44,400 nt of DNA from a virus: IMG/VR virus record IMGVR_UViG_3300037502_000804, positions 1 to 44,400 of that record, one strand, 5' to 3'. Positions 24,042 through 32,962 of this stretch are shown here, one piece after another. How positions within the stretch are numbered: position 1 is the stretch's first letter; each line of letters begins with the position of its first letter. The translations under genes and the position numbers were made by a program. A model generated the notes under the pieces. The model was not told the DNA's origin. It saw only the letters and a list, made by a program, of their open reading frames with translations, and ran no database searches.

Positions 24042-24545
24042 ATGAGTCTAAGATTAAGAAGTATAGCTAACAGCATCACAACGGCAGTAAATAGCAATAC
24101 AGAAGCGCTCTTGAAAGTTGCTGAAGGTTTTACTGTCACACCAGATGGAACGCAAGTTCCGCAATACATTGTACAGCCCAAAGTTGTTCAGGCTCAGTCA
24201 ATGAGCGTGGAGGATTTGAAGCATCTAGGATTTGCTAACCAGCAAGGACAATTCTTATCTATCTATGCTGATGGCATGATTCCAGCGATTAGACGCGCCA
24301 TGCAAAAAGGTACGTCTATTATTGTTATGAATCCATATGGTGAAGCATTCCCTACCGAATGGCAAGTTAAAGCTGTTCTTGAGTCATATTGTGACGAAAT
24401 CGCCGTTGAAGGTGAAAATAACTATAGCGGATGGGTGAAAATTCTAGTTCAAAATACTGGTAAAGAATCACCACATGATGCTCGCTATTTTGGTTTTGCT
24501 GGATCCGATGCTAAGCCATTCACACAAGGAGTATTTGCGCCATGA
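24042..24545 (+). CDS. Virion protein of the head-tail joining/tail completion region
   Basis: ORF. Position upstream of the sheath gene. Confidence 0.55.
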   Translation: MSLRLRSIANSITTAVNSNTEALLKVAEGFTVTPDGTQVPQYIVQPKVVQAQSMSVEDLKHLGFANQQGQFLSIYADGMIPAIRRAMQKGTSIIVMNPYGEAFPTEWQVKAVLESYCDEIAVEGENNYSGWVKILVQNTGKESPHDARYFGFAGSDAKPFTQGVFAP

Positions 24546-25036
24546 GCATGTTAACCGACCTTTACACAGATATGCGCCAGTATCTGCTTAAAACCTTCAA
24601 CCTGCCCGCAAATGATACAACGGTCATTAGAGGCTACAACAATCTAAACCCAATCCCTAAAAACGCCATTATCATGACTTTTATGCAAGGTCGTCATTTG
24701 GACCAGAAGTCTGTCAATTATGATGGCAATAAACAGATCATCTTTAATTCTATGCAAGGCACAATGCAGTTAGATTTTTATGGTGATAACTCAATGGATC
24801 GGGCGCAAGAAGTACAAACTCTGTGGAATAGCCCTTATACTACTGATACGCTAATTAATTGCGTACCATTGGGAAATCCGCGCATACGTGATTTATCTTT
24901 CGTTAATGAGGCTGGAATGTATGAATTGCGCTTTATGATTGAAGCCGACTTGCAATACAATACAAAGTACGAAAAAACAGTTAATATACTGGAAGACGTT
25001 TCTCAAATCGATTTGGAGTCTATCAATGCAGTTTAA
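24542..25036 (+). CDS. Virion protein of the tail completion region
   Basis: ORF with an ATGA overlap. Confidence 0.55.
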   Translation: MSMLTDLYTDMRQYLLKTFNLPANDTTVIRGYNNLNPIPKNAIIMTFMQGRHLDQKSVNYDGNKQIIFNSMQGTMQLDFYGDNSMDRAQEVQTLWNSPYTTDTLINCVPLGNPRIRDLSFVNEAGMYELRFMIEADLQYNTKYEKTVNILEDVSQIDLESINAV

Positions 25037-26489
25037 CTCTATCCCAGCAAGTAACATTGCTGCTGTCTACCCTGCCGTGATTGGTGGCGGTGGCAATCCA
25101 CTAGGATTAAATACAACTTTATTTGTAAATGAAGCTGTATATCCAAACTATGAATATTTTTCCAATACTCTAGTCGGTCAGCACTATGGTCTAGAAAGTG
25201 ATGTTTATAAGTTTGCTACCGTTTACTTTAACGGTTTTAATAACGCAACTACTCGACCAAACTCGCTATTTATTGCAACATACAATTCAGATGAATACCC
25301 TGCCACTATTATCGGCGGTGATATTACTGGAACAAGTATTGCTGACCTTAAATTGATTAACGGCAGCTTAAATATCGTTGTCGATGGCGTGTCAAAGAAC
25401 GTTACTGTTGATTTAAGCACTGCAAACTCATATAGCGATGCGGCTGCTCTAATTGGCACAGCATTAACTTTGACTTGTGTTTACCAATCCACAACTAAAG
25501 GTTTTGTAATTCAATCAGGTACTACGGGCGAAGGCTCAACTATTAGTTTTGCGACTGGTACTGTGGCTGATAAGTTGAAATTAACTCAAGACACTGGTGC
25601 AATCCTAAACAATCATACAACGCAAGATACGCCTGAAACTGCGGCATTGAGCGCAATTCAGTTTAGTAGTAACTTTGTGAACTTCACTTATGCAAATGGC
25701 GTATTTGATGACGATGCTCTAAAAGCTTTTGCTACTTGGATTACTCAACAAAATAGCCGATTCAAGCTATACACATGGGGTCTTGATCCTGTCGCCATCG
25801 GTCAAAGCGGTGCTTCATTTGGCGAATGGGCAAAAGAAAATACTAGCGGTGTTGTTCCGATTTACGGTACTTTCGACAAAGCTGCTTTCTTCTGTGGTGT
25901 TTCTGGTTCAATCAACTATCAAGAAACTAACGGACGCACAACTACTGCTTTCCGCAGTCAAGATGGTTTAGTTCCAGACGTAACAAATGAAGCTGATGCG
26001 GAAACATTAGTTAAGAATGGTTATTCATTCTATGGCGCTTGGGCTACTGCTAATGATCGCTTCCAGTTTGCTGGCAATGGCTCTGTAACTGGTCAGTACA
26101 AATGGATTGATAACTATGACTTCCAAGTGTTCTTGCGTACTCAGTTACAGCTTGCGTATATGAACATGTTCCAAGCTCAAAAGACAATTCCATACAATGA
26201 TCAAGGCATTGCTACAGTTCGAGCATATTCACAAGATCCAATTGATCAAGGTGTTAACTTTGGTGGTATCCGCGCTGGTGTAAACTTGTCTAATGCTCAA
26301 AAGTTCCAAGTCAATCAAGAAGCTGGTTTTGACGCTGCTAGTCAATTGTTTACAAAAGGCTGGGCTTTATCTATTACTTTGCCAGACTCGCAAACTCGCG
26401 TGGCTCGTGAATCATTTATTATCAAGTTATTCTATACGGACGGCTCTAGCATGCAACGTCTAGAAATGACTGCTACTAACGTTCAGTAA
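25026..26489 (+). CDS. Tail sheath protein (DUF3383-type)
   Basis: Size and position before the tube gene. Start trimmed to ATG 25026 (GGAG SD), because track start 24939 overlaps the upstream gene. Confidence 0.7.
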   Translation: MQFNSIPASNIAAVYPAVIGGGGNPLGLNTTLFVNEAVYPNYEYFSNTLVGQHYGLESDVYKFATVYFNGFNNATTRPNSLFIATYNSDEYPATIIGGDITGTSIADLKLINGSLNIVVDGVSKNVTVDLSTANSYSDAAALIGTALTLTCVYQSTTKGFVIQSGTTGEGSTISFATGTVADKLKLTQDTGAILNNHTTQDTPETAALSAIQFSSNFVNFTYANGVFDDDALKAFATWITQQNSRFKLYTWGLDPVAIGQSGASFGEWAKENTSGVVPIYGTFDKAAFFCGVSGSINYQETNGRTTTAFRSQDGLVPDVTNEADAETLVKNGYSFYGAWATANDRFQFAGNGSVTGQYKWIDNYDFQVFLRTQLQLAYMNMFQAQKTIPYNDQGIATVRAYSQDPIDQGVNFGGIRAGVNLSNAQKFQVNQEAGFDAASQLFTKGWALSITLPDSQTRVARESFIIKLFYTDGSSMQRLEMTATNVQ

Positions 26490-26501
26490 GGAGATTAACT
26501 T

Positions 26502-26951
26502 ATGGCAATGGGTCTTAATCCAAATACAATTACATCGGCAAACAGTATTGTACAGTTTCGCTGTGCTGGTTTATATGATGACTGGATTACTATTGAAGGC
26601 GCACAGTCTGACGCATTTGTAACGTTTTCTGATGTTACACTAGCTCAAACTCGTGTCGGCGTGGATGGTAAGCAATCTATGGGCTTCATTCCGCATGAAA
26701 CCCCGATTACTGTATCACTTGAAGCAAACAGCCGATCTGTACCAGTTTTGGAAACCGTCTATAATGACTTTATTCAAAACATGGAAGTACGCCGTTGTGA
26801 ATTCCAGATCAGCTACCCTTCTGTTAAGCGCAAACAAACGCTTACGGGCACAATGGTAGCTAAGTCAGGCGGTACTGGTATTGCACAGCTTTTAAATGGA
26901 CATACATATAACTTTAATATGATGTCTAGCGGTATCGAAGAAACCAACTAA
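26502..26951 (+). CDS. Tail tube protein
   Basis: Position after the sheath gene, size, GGAGA SD. Confidence 0.7.
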   Translation: MAMGLNPNTITSANSIVQFRCAGLYDDWITIEGAQSDAFVTFSDVTLAQTRVGVDGKQSMGFIPHETPITVSLEANSRSVPVLETVYNDFIQNMEVRRCEFQISYPSVKRKQTLTGTMVAKSGGTGIAQLLNGHTYNFNMMSSGIEETN

Positions 26952-26955
26952 CCAT

Positions 26956-26983
26956 AAGGGGAGAAATCCCCTTTCTATTTTTT
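26956..26983 (+). terminator. Rho-independent terminator/attenuator after the tube gene
   Basis: aagggga-GAAA-tcccctt stem-loop plus tctatttttt. Confidence 0.7.
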
Positions 26984-26996
26984 AGAGGCTAAAATC

Positions 26997-27422
26997 ATGT
27001 CTGAAGGCTTAAAGACAAAAACAGTTACTATTGAAGATGGTCGAGATAAAGGCAAAGTTTTCAAAATCACGGAAATGCCAGCGATTCAAGCCGATGAATG
27101 GGCACATCGTCTTTTAGAACAAGCCGCGAATAGTGGGGTTAACTTAAAAGATGTTGATGTATTGAATCTTGATACAAAATCAATGGCTGGAATGATTGAA
27201 ATTGGCGCAGCAGTCTTTACCGTATTGGGTCGCATTCCGCATGAAATCTCACGCGAACTAAAGTTTGATTTGCTTGATCGCTGTGTGCAAATTGTTCCTA
27301 AGTCTGGTGAGCCACGTATTTGTATGTGGGATCAGGAGATTAAAGACTTTAAGAACTTCACTATTCTAGCTGCTCACGCAATTGGGATTCATATTGATTT
27401 TTTAGAACAAGGCGAAGCTTAA
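26997..27422 (+). CDS. Tail assembly chaperone (G-like, 0-frame product)
   Basis: Position between the tube and tape measure genes. Confidence 0.7.
   Translation: MSEGLKTKTVTIEDGRDKGKVFKITEMPAIQADEWAHRLLEQAANSGVNLKDVDVLNLDTKSMAGMIEIGAAVFTVLGRIPHEISRELKFDLLDRCVQIVPKSGEPRICMWDQEIKDFKNFTILAAHAIGIHIDFLEQGEA
27398..27404 (+). other. -1 programmed ribosomal frameshift slippery heptamer T_TTT_TTA
   Basis: In 0 frame the reading is gaT TTT TTA. The -1 frame is open from 27404 into ORF 27452-27664. Confidence 0.6.
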
Positions 27423-27664
27423 TACTTGACTATTCTTATCGCAAGGACGCGATGAGTAATCAGGATCTAAAAGAAGGTGTCTTGGCTAGCCCTCTAAATG
27501 TGTCTGAAACTGTGTATAGGGCGCTATTGACTGGAATGTGTAGTTACCACCAACTAAACACTTGTATCGGTCTTGAGGGTGCGCTAAACATGATTGAGGT
27601 TAAGCAAGTCGCCGACTACAACGAAGCAAAAATCAAATATTTTGCTAGTCAGGAACAGAGGTAA
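27404..27664 (+). CDS. -1 frame extension of the tail chaperone (GT-like fusion, 26997..27404 joined to 27404..27664)
   Basis: Continuous open -1 frame checked codon by codon. The ORF 27452-27664 lies in that frame directly before the tape measure gene. Confidence 0.55.
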   Translation, partial: RTRRSLILDYSYRKDAMSNQDLKEGVLASPLNVSETVYRALLTGMCSYHQLNTCIGLEGALNMIEVKQVADYNEAKIKYFASQEQR

Positions 27665-27666
27665 AA

Positions 27667-29697
27667 ATGGCTGAAAATATTGTTGAGTCGATAATTGTAA
27701 AGCTTGGGTTGGACGGCTCACAATATAATCGTGAAGCCGAAAAAGCCAAGTCAAATAATGACAAGCTGAATAAGTCTGTCAGCGAAACCGATAAGATTGT
27801 TGGCAACGTAACAAAGACTTTAGCGCGGTGGTTTAGTGTAGCTGCCGCCGCTACTGGCATTCTTAAAATGGTTGATCAGGTGCAAAAGCTCAATGATGAG
27901 CTTTATCATCTTGAGCGAAATTTAGGAATGTCAGCAAGCACCATTAAAAATTGGCAAGGCGCTGCTGGTGCAATGGGTGGATCTGCTCAAGGCATGACTG
28001 AATCAATCAAATCCCTAAACATGGGAATGAATGATTTTGTCACAATGGGCGATACCACTCTATTGCCATTCATGAATGCTTTGGGTGTTGGCATGGTCGA
28101 TGCTCAGGGCAAGCTAAGAAAAACCGATGATGTGATGTTAGACCTTGCGGATTCATTCTCCAAAATGGACCGTGAACAAGCATTTTCTATTGCCTCGAAA
28201 ATGGGAATTGACGAGGGTACATTCAATACGCTTGTACAAGGGCGTAAAGAAATGGAGAAGATGCTTGAATATCAATCCAAGATGTACAAATCTTCTGAAG
28301 AAGAATTAAAAGCTTCTCGTCAATTAGCGCAAAACCGAGCATTGCTAGGCCAGCATTGGGAATCACTTAAAACAATGATGGCAAATGCTATCATCCCGTT
28401 ATTTGTGAAACTTAGCGAGGTTGCGCTTGGTATATTCGAATATCTTCAAGAAAACCAACAAGCCGTACAAGCCGTATTCAAAGGCATATCTTTTGTAATT
28501 GGCGCTATTCTCATCCCAATTCTAGCAAAGGCTACAGTTGCAGCTTTGGCGTTTATCGCTCCATTTGCTCCATTTATTTTAGTTGTAGGTGCATTAGGTG
28601 CAGCATTTGGCTTGCTATATGATGACTATAAAACTTGGGCTGAAGGTGGTAAGTCTTTATTCGATTGGGGTGCATTCAGAAAGTATATTGATGACTCAAC
28701 CTTATCGACTGACAACCTTAAAAATGCATTCAAAAACTTGACCAAAGAAATTATGAGTAGCGCAATGCCTACTTTGCAAGGCTATGCTGAGGTAGTTCAA
28801 AAGCTTTTACGTGGTGACTTTAAGGGGGCTGGATCGCAAGCTTGGGATATGGTTAAACAATTTGGCGCTAATGTTGCTGGTGTTGTTGATGATTTAACAG
28901 GTCAAGCACAAGGAACGTTGGCTAATGCTGTTGGTAATCTTGTGAATCCGAGTACACCTCCTGCGACTGGAAATGCTCAAGCGTCTTATAGATCAAAAGC
29001 ATTCACACCAGAAAAAGCTGCTTCTATTGCGCGTGTAGCTAAAAATATTGGTGTTAATCCTAATGATTTGGCTGCTGTTATTTCATTTGAAACTGGTGGA
29101 ACTTTCAGTCCTAGTAAGAGAAACCCGAAATCTTCTGCAACTGGATTAATTCAGTTCATGGCGGGATCTGGCGGGACTAAAGGGAAATACTATGGCATGA
29201 CTCGTGACCAATTTGGTTCACTGTCTTTTGATGAACAAATGAGGTATGTTGAGAAATACTTTATGGATCGCAGTAGTAGATTTAGGGCTGGTAATGAAGC
29301 TAAGAATACTACTGGTGATGTATACGGTGCTGTAACTGGCTACGGATACAAGAAAGGGTCAAGAGAGTATGAGTTAAATAAAGTATGGGATTCAAACAAG
29401 AATGGCATAATCGAAAAAGGTGAAATGGTGCAAAACCCATCATTTAGGGCGCACCAACGACAATATTTTGATATGTCAAACGTAGCTGCTGTTCAGCAAT
29501 CTACTCGTCAAGGCGACTTTATTGACTTAACCAAAGCTAGACAAAACCAAGCAATGGCAAACAAGGCTAATGAAGTCCAAGTAAATGTAGGTGATATTAA
29601 CATCCAAACATCATCTAGTACCGTTACTGGTAATGTCCAAGATGCAATGGGTGCGATTAAAGATCAATTCTATCAATTCCGAAATTCATTTAATTAG
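27667..29697 (+). CDS. Tail tape measure protein with C-terminal lytic-transglycosylase-like segment
   Basis: Length, hydrophobic centre, and position. ISFETGGTF...ATGLIQFM resembles SLT motifs. Confidence 0.75.
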   Translation: MAENIVESIIVKLGLDGSQYNREAEKAKSNNDKLNKSVSETDKIVGNVTKTLARWFSVAAAATGILKMVDQVQKLNDELYHLERNLGMSASTIKNWQGAAGAMGGSAQGMTESIKSLNMGMNDFVTMGDTTLLPFMNALGVGMVDAQGKLRKTDDVMLDLADSFSKMDREQAFSIASKMGIDEGTFNTLVQGRKEMEKMLEYQSKMYKSSEEELKASRQLAQNRALLGQHWESLKTMMANAIIPLFVKLSEVALGIFEYLQENQQAVQAVFKGISFVIGAILIPILAKATVAALAFIAPFAPFILVVGALGAAFGLLYDDYKTWAEGGKSLFDWGAFRKYIDDSTLSTDNLKNAFKNLTKEIMSSAMPTLQGYAEVVQKLLRGDFKGAGSQAWDMVKQFGANVAGVVDDLTGQAQGTLANAVGNLVNPSTPPATGNAQASYRSKAFTPEKAASIARVAKNIGVNPNDLAAVISFETGGTFSPSKRNPKSSATGLIQFMAGSGGTKGKYYGMTRDQFGSLSFDEQMRYVEKYFMDRSSRFRAGNEAKNTTGDVYGAVTGYGYKKGSREYELNKVWDSNKNGIIEKGEMVQNPSFRAHQRQYFDMSNVAAVQQSTRQGDFIDLTKARQNQAMANKANEVQVNVGDINIQTSSSTVTGNVQDAMGAIKDQFYQFRNSFN

Positions 29698-29704
29698 GTG
29701 ATAT

Positions 29705-30301
29705 ATGCTAGCTGGAATGCCTTCTGTACCCAACTTTATACCAGTAAAGGCCTTGACAAATGTCGGGCTTTCATTGGGCGGTGCTGCTCTAATTAACGGT
29801 GTATTTGGCAAAACATGGGGGATTGTCAATCAATTTGGTATACCTATTGTTTTGGCTGACACTGTTGTAAGTATGAATTATGATGCTGGGTCTAGCATTT
29901 CAAAATATCCAGTAGAGCAAGGCTCATTTGCTTCATACAACAAAGTGAATGCTCCGTCTATGGCTACTGTTTCAATGTCAAAAGGCAGTGGTGGTGTGCT
30001 TGAAAGAAGCTTGTTTCTAGGGCAAATTGAAGCTCTATTAAAATCGACTGTAAGCTTTCACATCATTACACCTGAGTACGTTTATCTAAATTATCAGATT
30101 GTTGGAATTAACCATGCCCGCTCTGCTCAAGATGGCGCAACAATGATTACAGTAAATATTGATCTTGAAGAGGTGTTAGAGGCTAAAGTGGAATACTCTA
30201 TTGAAGAGGTAAAAGCGCCTAGCGACTCTAAAACTGTAGATGGTGGTGCTAAGCAATCAACACAGCGAACCAGTGTTTTACGTGGACTTTTTGGAGGATA
30301 A
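29705..30301 (+). CDS. Tail/baseplate protein (position of Mu gp43-like protein)
   Basis: Synteny only. Confidence 0.4.
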   Translation: MLAGMPSVPNFIPVKALTNVGLSLGGAALINGVFGKTWGIVNQFGIPIVLADTVVSMNYDAGSSISKYPVEQGSFASYNKVNAPSMATVSMSKGSGGVLERSLFLGQIEALLKSTVSFHIITPEYVYLNYQIVGINHARSAQDGATMITVNIDLEEVLEAKVEYSIEEVKAPSDSKTVDGGAKQSTQRTSVLRGLFGG

Positions 30302-30302
30302 C

Positions 30303-30581
30303 ATGGCTCAATACGATATTCCTTTGGCACAAGTCCCGAACCAATTTTTTACCACATCATTAAATGGTGTTACTTGGGCAATCACACTAGAAACTCGATT
30401 AAATAACTTATATATCAGTTTATCTAATAATAATGATGGTGATGTATTGTTAAATCGAATATGCCTAAACCGAACTTATTTAGGGCATGGCTTTATCTTT
30501 GTCGACATAGATGGAAATAGTGATCCTGAATACACAGGCTTGGGCACTCGTTATTTACTTATCTGGACAGACGAAGTATGA
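30303..30581 (+). CDS. Small tail/baseplate protein
   Basis: GGAGG SD before ATG 30303. Track start 30240 overlaps the upstream gene. Confidence 0.5.
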   Translation: MAQYDIPLAQVPNQFFTTSLNGVTWAITLETRLNNLYISLSNNNDGDVLLNRICLNRTYLGHGFIFVDIDGNSDPEYTGLGTRYLLIWTDEV

Positions 30582-30661
30582 TTTTATGGTGCCTAGCCTG
30601 ACGAGGTGAAGATGAAGAAAGCCTATTCATCGTGGCACACCAAAATTATTTAAATTAGTTA

Positions 30662-30690
30662 TTGCATTCTCAATAGTAAATAAATATAAT
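30662..30690 (+). promoter_or_regulatory. Strong sigma70 promoter TTGCAT-17 nt-TATAAT (moron cassette 2)
   Basis: Duplicate of the 23475 promoter. Reverse-oriented 15-bp motif at 30666-30680. Confidence 0.7.
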
Positions 30691-30728
30691 GAGTTCATAC
30701 CAAGCAATTAGCTAAAAGGAAATTCAAA

Positions 30729-30878
30729 ATGAAAGACAAAGTTATTAAATTATTAATCAAATGGGGCTATAACGAGGAAACTGTAAAATTAATGGTAGAA
30801 GCTAACTTTGATATTGCTATTAAGTCTTATCCTGATTCAAAACCCTCTTTTATTGCTGATGTGGTCTGCACCCTATGA
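30729..30878 (+). CDS. Moron cassette 2 protein A (49 aa), not in ORF track
   Basis: AAGGA SD. ATGA overlap downstream. Confidence 0.5.
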   Translation: MKDKVIKLLIKWGYNEETVKLMVEANFDIAIKSYPDSKPSFIADVVCTL

Positions 30879-31087
30879 TTATGGTGTGGGTTGATGCTTC
30901 CGAAATAAAGCATGGAGATACCGTTATATGTAAAAAAGGACATATAAAAACTGTTTCCAGAAAGGATATTAGCAACGGTTTTATGGGTTTGTGCATTTTT
31001 GGATACCCATATGGGAATCTTAAAGAAAAAATAGAGAAATGTTTATTTCCTGTTTGGTATCAAGGTGAGGTAATTAGATATGAATGA
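30875..31087 (+). CDS. Moron cassette 2 protein B (70 aa)
   Basis: ORF. Confidence 0.55.
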   Translation: MIMVWVDASEIKHGDTVICKKGHIKTVSRKDISNGFMGLCIFGYPYGNLKEKIEKCLFPVWYQGEVIRYE

Positions 31088-31262
31088 CATTCATTCAAAA
31101 GCGCCTAAAGGGGCTACACACTATTTTAAAAATGAATTCATTGTTTCTTATTTTTTTTATTCCAATGATGTTGAATTGTGGTTTGTTTGGGATAAGCATT
31201 TTGAATACTGGAGTTCAAAAATATTCATGGACCGCATTAAAAATTTAAAAAAATTAAATTAA
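31080..31262 (+). CDS. NAPxGATHY family small protein, paralog 4
   Basis: MNDIHSKAPKGATHY...NLKKLN. Confidence 0.55.
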   Translation: MNDIHSKAPKGATHYFKNEFIVSYFFYSNDVELWFVWDKHFEYWSSKIFMDRIKNLKKLN

Positions 31263-31271
31263 TGCTAAAAT

Positions 31272-31295
31272 AGCCTCCAATACGGAGGCTTTTTA
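31272..31295 (+). terminator. Rho-independent terminator; the 3' arm GGAGG doubles as SD for GTG 31298
   Basis: agcctcc-aatac-ggaggct stem-loop plus ttttatt. Confidence 0.75.
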
Positions 31296-31297
31296 TT

Positions 31298-32188
31298 GTG
31301 AAAAAGAAGGTCATTAAAATAACGCTAACATTGCAAGATGGCGTTCAAACTTTTACGGCTGAAGGTGATAACCGATTGTCATCTACTGGCTTGGCTATAT
31401 CCACAAATATCACATATGGCAATGGGACTATTTCTCCGACTGCTCAAATCACCGCTTATGGCCTACCCCTTTCTACAGTGAATAAGCTTACGCGCGTCCA
31501 ATGGAATACCATGCAAGCAATTCTAAACATGGTTAAGATTGAGGTCGGCGAACAGGGACAGCCACTAAAAGTTGCTTATGAGGGGAATATTACATTTGCG
31601 ACAGTCAATACAGATGGCGCGCCAAATGTAGCGCTAGTGATTACAAGTCAAATGGCTGTAGTTGAAAAAATGCGCCCTACTGCACCATTCATCATCCCAA
31701 AAGGTGAAGAAGTTGATGCGGCAGATATTGTTAAACTCTTAGCGCAAGATATGCAATATGAGTTTGAAAACTACGGTGTTACTCATATCTTAACAGACAC
31801 CACATTGAACGGCTCAAACATAGAAAAAATTGAGAAGTTAGCTCAAATGTGCGACTTTGATTTGTACATCGAGCAAAGATTAATTGTTATTTGCAAGAAA
31901 GGTGGAGATAGGGAAGTTAAAATACCAATCATTACACCTAAGACAGGCTTGATTGGCTACCCTGCTCCAGATCAAAGAGGAATAACATTTAGTTGTGCTT
32001 ATGATCCACTAGTTAGATTTGGTGGTATTGTGCAAATCAGAGAAAGCATTATAGGTGATGTTGTCAATCAAGATTGGCGTGTATATGGTCTTGTTGCTAC
32101 ACTTGAGGCAAATATTCCACAAGGCAAGTGGCAAATGAATGTGAATGCGACTTGGAGGAACTCGAAAGATGCAGCAGTCCAACGCTAG
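31298..32188 (+). CDS. Baseplate hub-like protein (Mu gp44/P2 gpD position)
   Basis: GTG start. Synteny before the V-like spike gene. Confidence 0.45.
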   Translation: MKKKVIKITLTLQDGVQTFTAEGDNRLSSTGLAISTNITYGNGTISPTAQITAYGLPLSTVNKLTRVQWNTMQAILNMVKIEVGEQGQPLKVAYEGNITFATVNTDGAPNVALVITSQMAVVEKMRPTAPFIIPKGEEVDAADIVKLLAQDMQYEFENYGVTHILTDTTLNGSNIEKIEKLAQMCDFDLYIEQRLIVICKKGGDREVKIPIITPKTGLIGYPAPDQRGITFSCAYDPLVRFGGIVQIRESIIGDVVNQDWRVYGLVATLEANIPQGKWQMNVNATWRNSKDAAVQR

Positions 32189-32813
32189 TGGCTTTAACAT
32201 CAATAATCTTGGTGGAGCTAAAGAATTTAAGGCTAATATTCTCTCAATTCTTTCTAGTGAGTTAAACACTGGTGAAGTTGTGGAGATAACAGAAGTCTAT
32301 TCAAATGATAATGGCCCTGTAGGTTTTGTCTCTGTTAAGCCTATGCTTTATCGCATTGGCGCAGATAACAACAACCTAGAACTAGGTGAAATCCATAATG
32401 TGCCGTATTACCGCATACAGGGCGGGAAGAATGCGGTTATATGCGATCCGCAAGTTGGCGATATAGGGTTTTGCGTATTTGCGACTCGTGACACATCATT
32501 GCTAAAGCGAACTCGTTCAAGAGTTGGGCCAAACGTAAATCGCATTTGCGACCAGTCAGACGCATTTTTAACAATGACTTGGAGTAAGGAAGAAGCCGAA
32601 CAATATATCTGGTTTAAGGGTGATGAAGTCCATATCAAGGCAAATTCAAAGATTGTTCTTGATGCGCCAGAAGTCAGCATAACAGGAAAATTAACAGTAT
32701 CAGGCATAATTGAATCTTTAGCTGATATAATCACTAAAGGTATTAGCTTGTTTACTCACAAACATGGCGGGGTGCAATCAGGCCCTAGTGATACAGGAAA
32801 TCCAAAGGCTTAA
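32169..32813 (+). CDS. Baseplate spike/assembly protein V-like
   Basis: C-terminal THKHGGVQSGPSDTGNP matches the gpV/Mu gp45 pattern. Start trimmed to ATG 32169 (GGAGG SD). Confidence 0.65.
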   Translation: MQQSNASGFNINNLGGAKEFKANILSILSSELNTGEVVEITEVYSNDNGPVGFVSVKPMLYRIGADNNNLELGEIHNVPYYRIQGGKNAVICDPQVGDIGFCVFATRDTSLLKRTRSRVGPNVNRICDQSDAFLTMTWSKEEAEQYIWFKGDEVHIKANSKIVLDAPEVSITGKLTVSGIIESLADIITKGISLFTHKHGGVQSGPSDTGNPKA

Positions 32814-32815
32814 TT

Positions 32816-32962
32816 ATGCAATTACATGAGTTATTCTGGTTCTTTATTGGTTTTGTTGCGGCATTTATTGTTTTGCATTCTGCAAGAAGTATTGCCTACG
32901 CAGTGGCGGCATTTTTCACCTTGTTGATTGTACTAAATATCATGGGGGTGAATATTATATGA
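32816..32962 (+). CDS. Small two-TM membrane protein (48 aa) inside the baseplate module, not in ORF track
   Basis: ATGA overlap with the next gene. Strongly hydrophobic. Confidence 0.45.
   Translation: MQLHELFWFFIGFVAAFIVLHSARSIAYAVAAFFTLLIVLNIMGVNII

Noticed and set aside
24939-25025. Long N-terminal extensions in the ORF track (24939, 30240, 32145, 1746, 10355, 1279, 9281, 4557, 6809, 16306, 17734, 17898, 18636)
   Set aside because: The extensions overlap the preceding gene or a terminator. Internal ATG or GTG codons with good SDs and ATGA-type coupling give more plausible starts.
30590-30650. Hairpin ggtgcc...ggcacc and a 12-aa mini-ORF with an AGGTGA SD after gene 30303-30581
   Set aside because: The stem is only 6 bp, the loop is about 40 nt, and the T-run is poor. 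The mini-ORF is too short to support.
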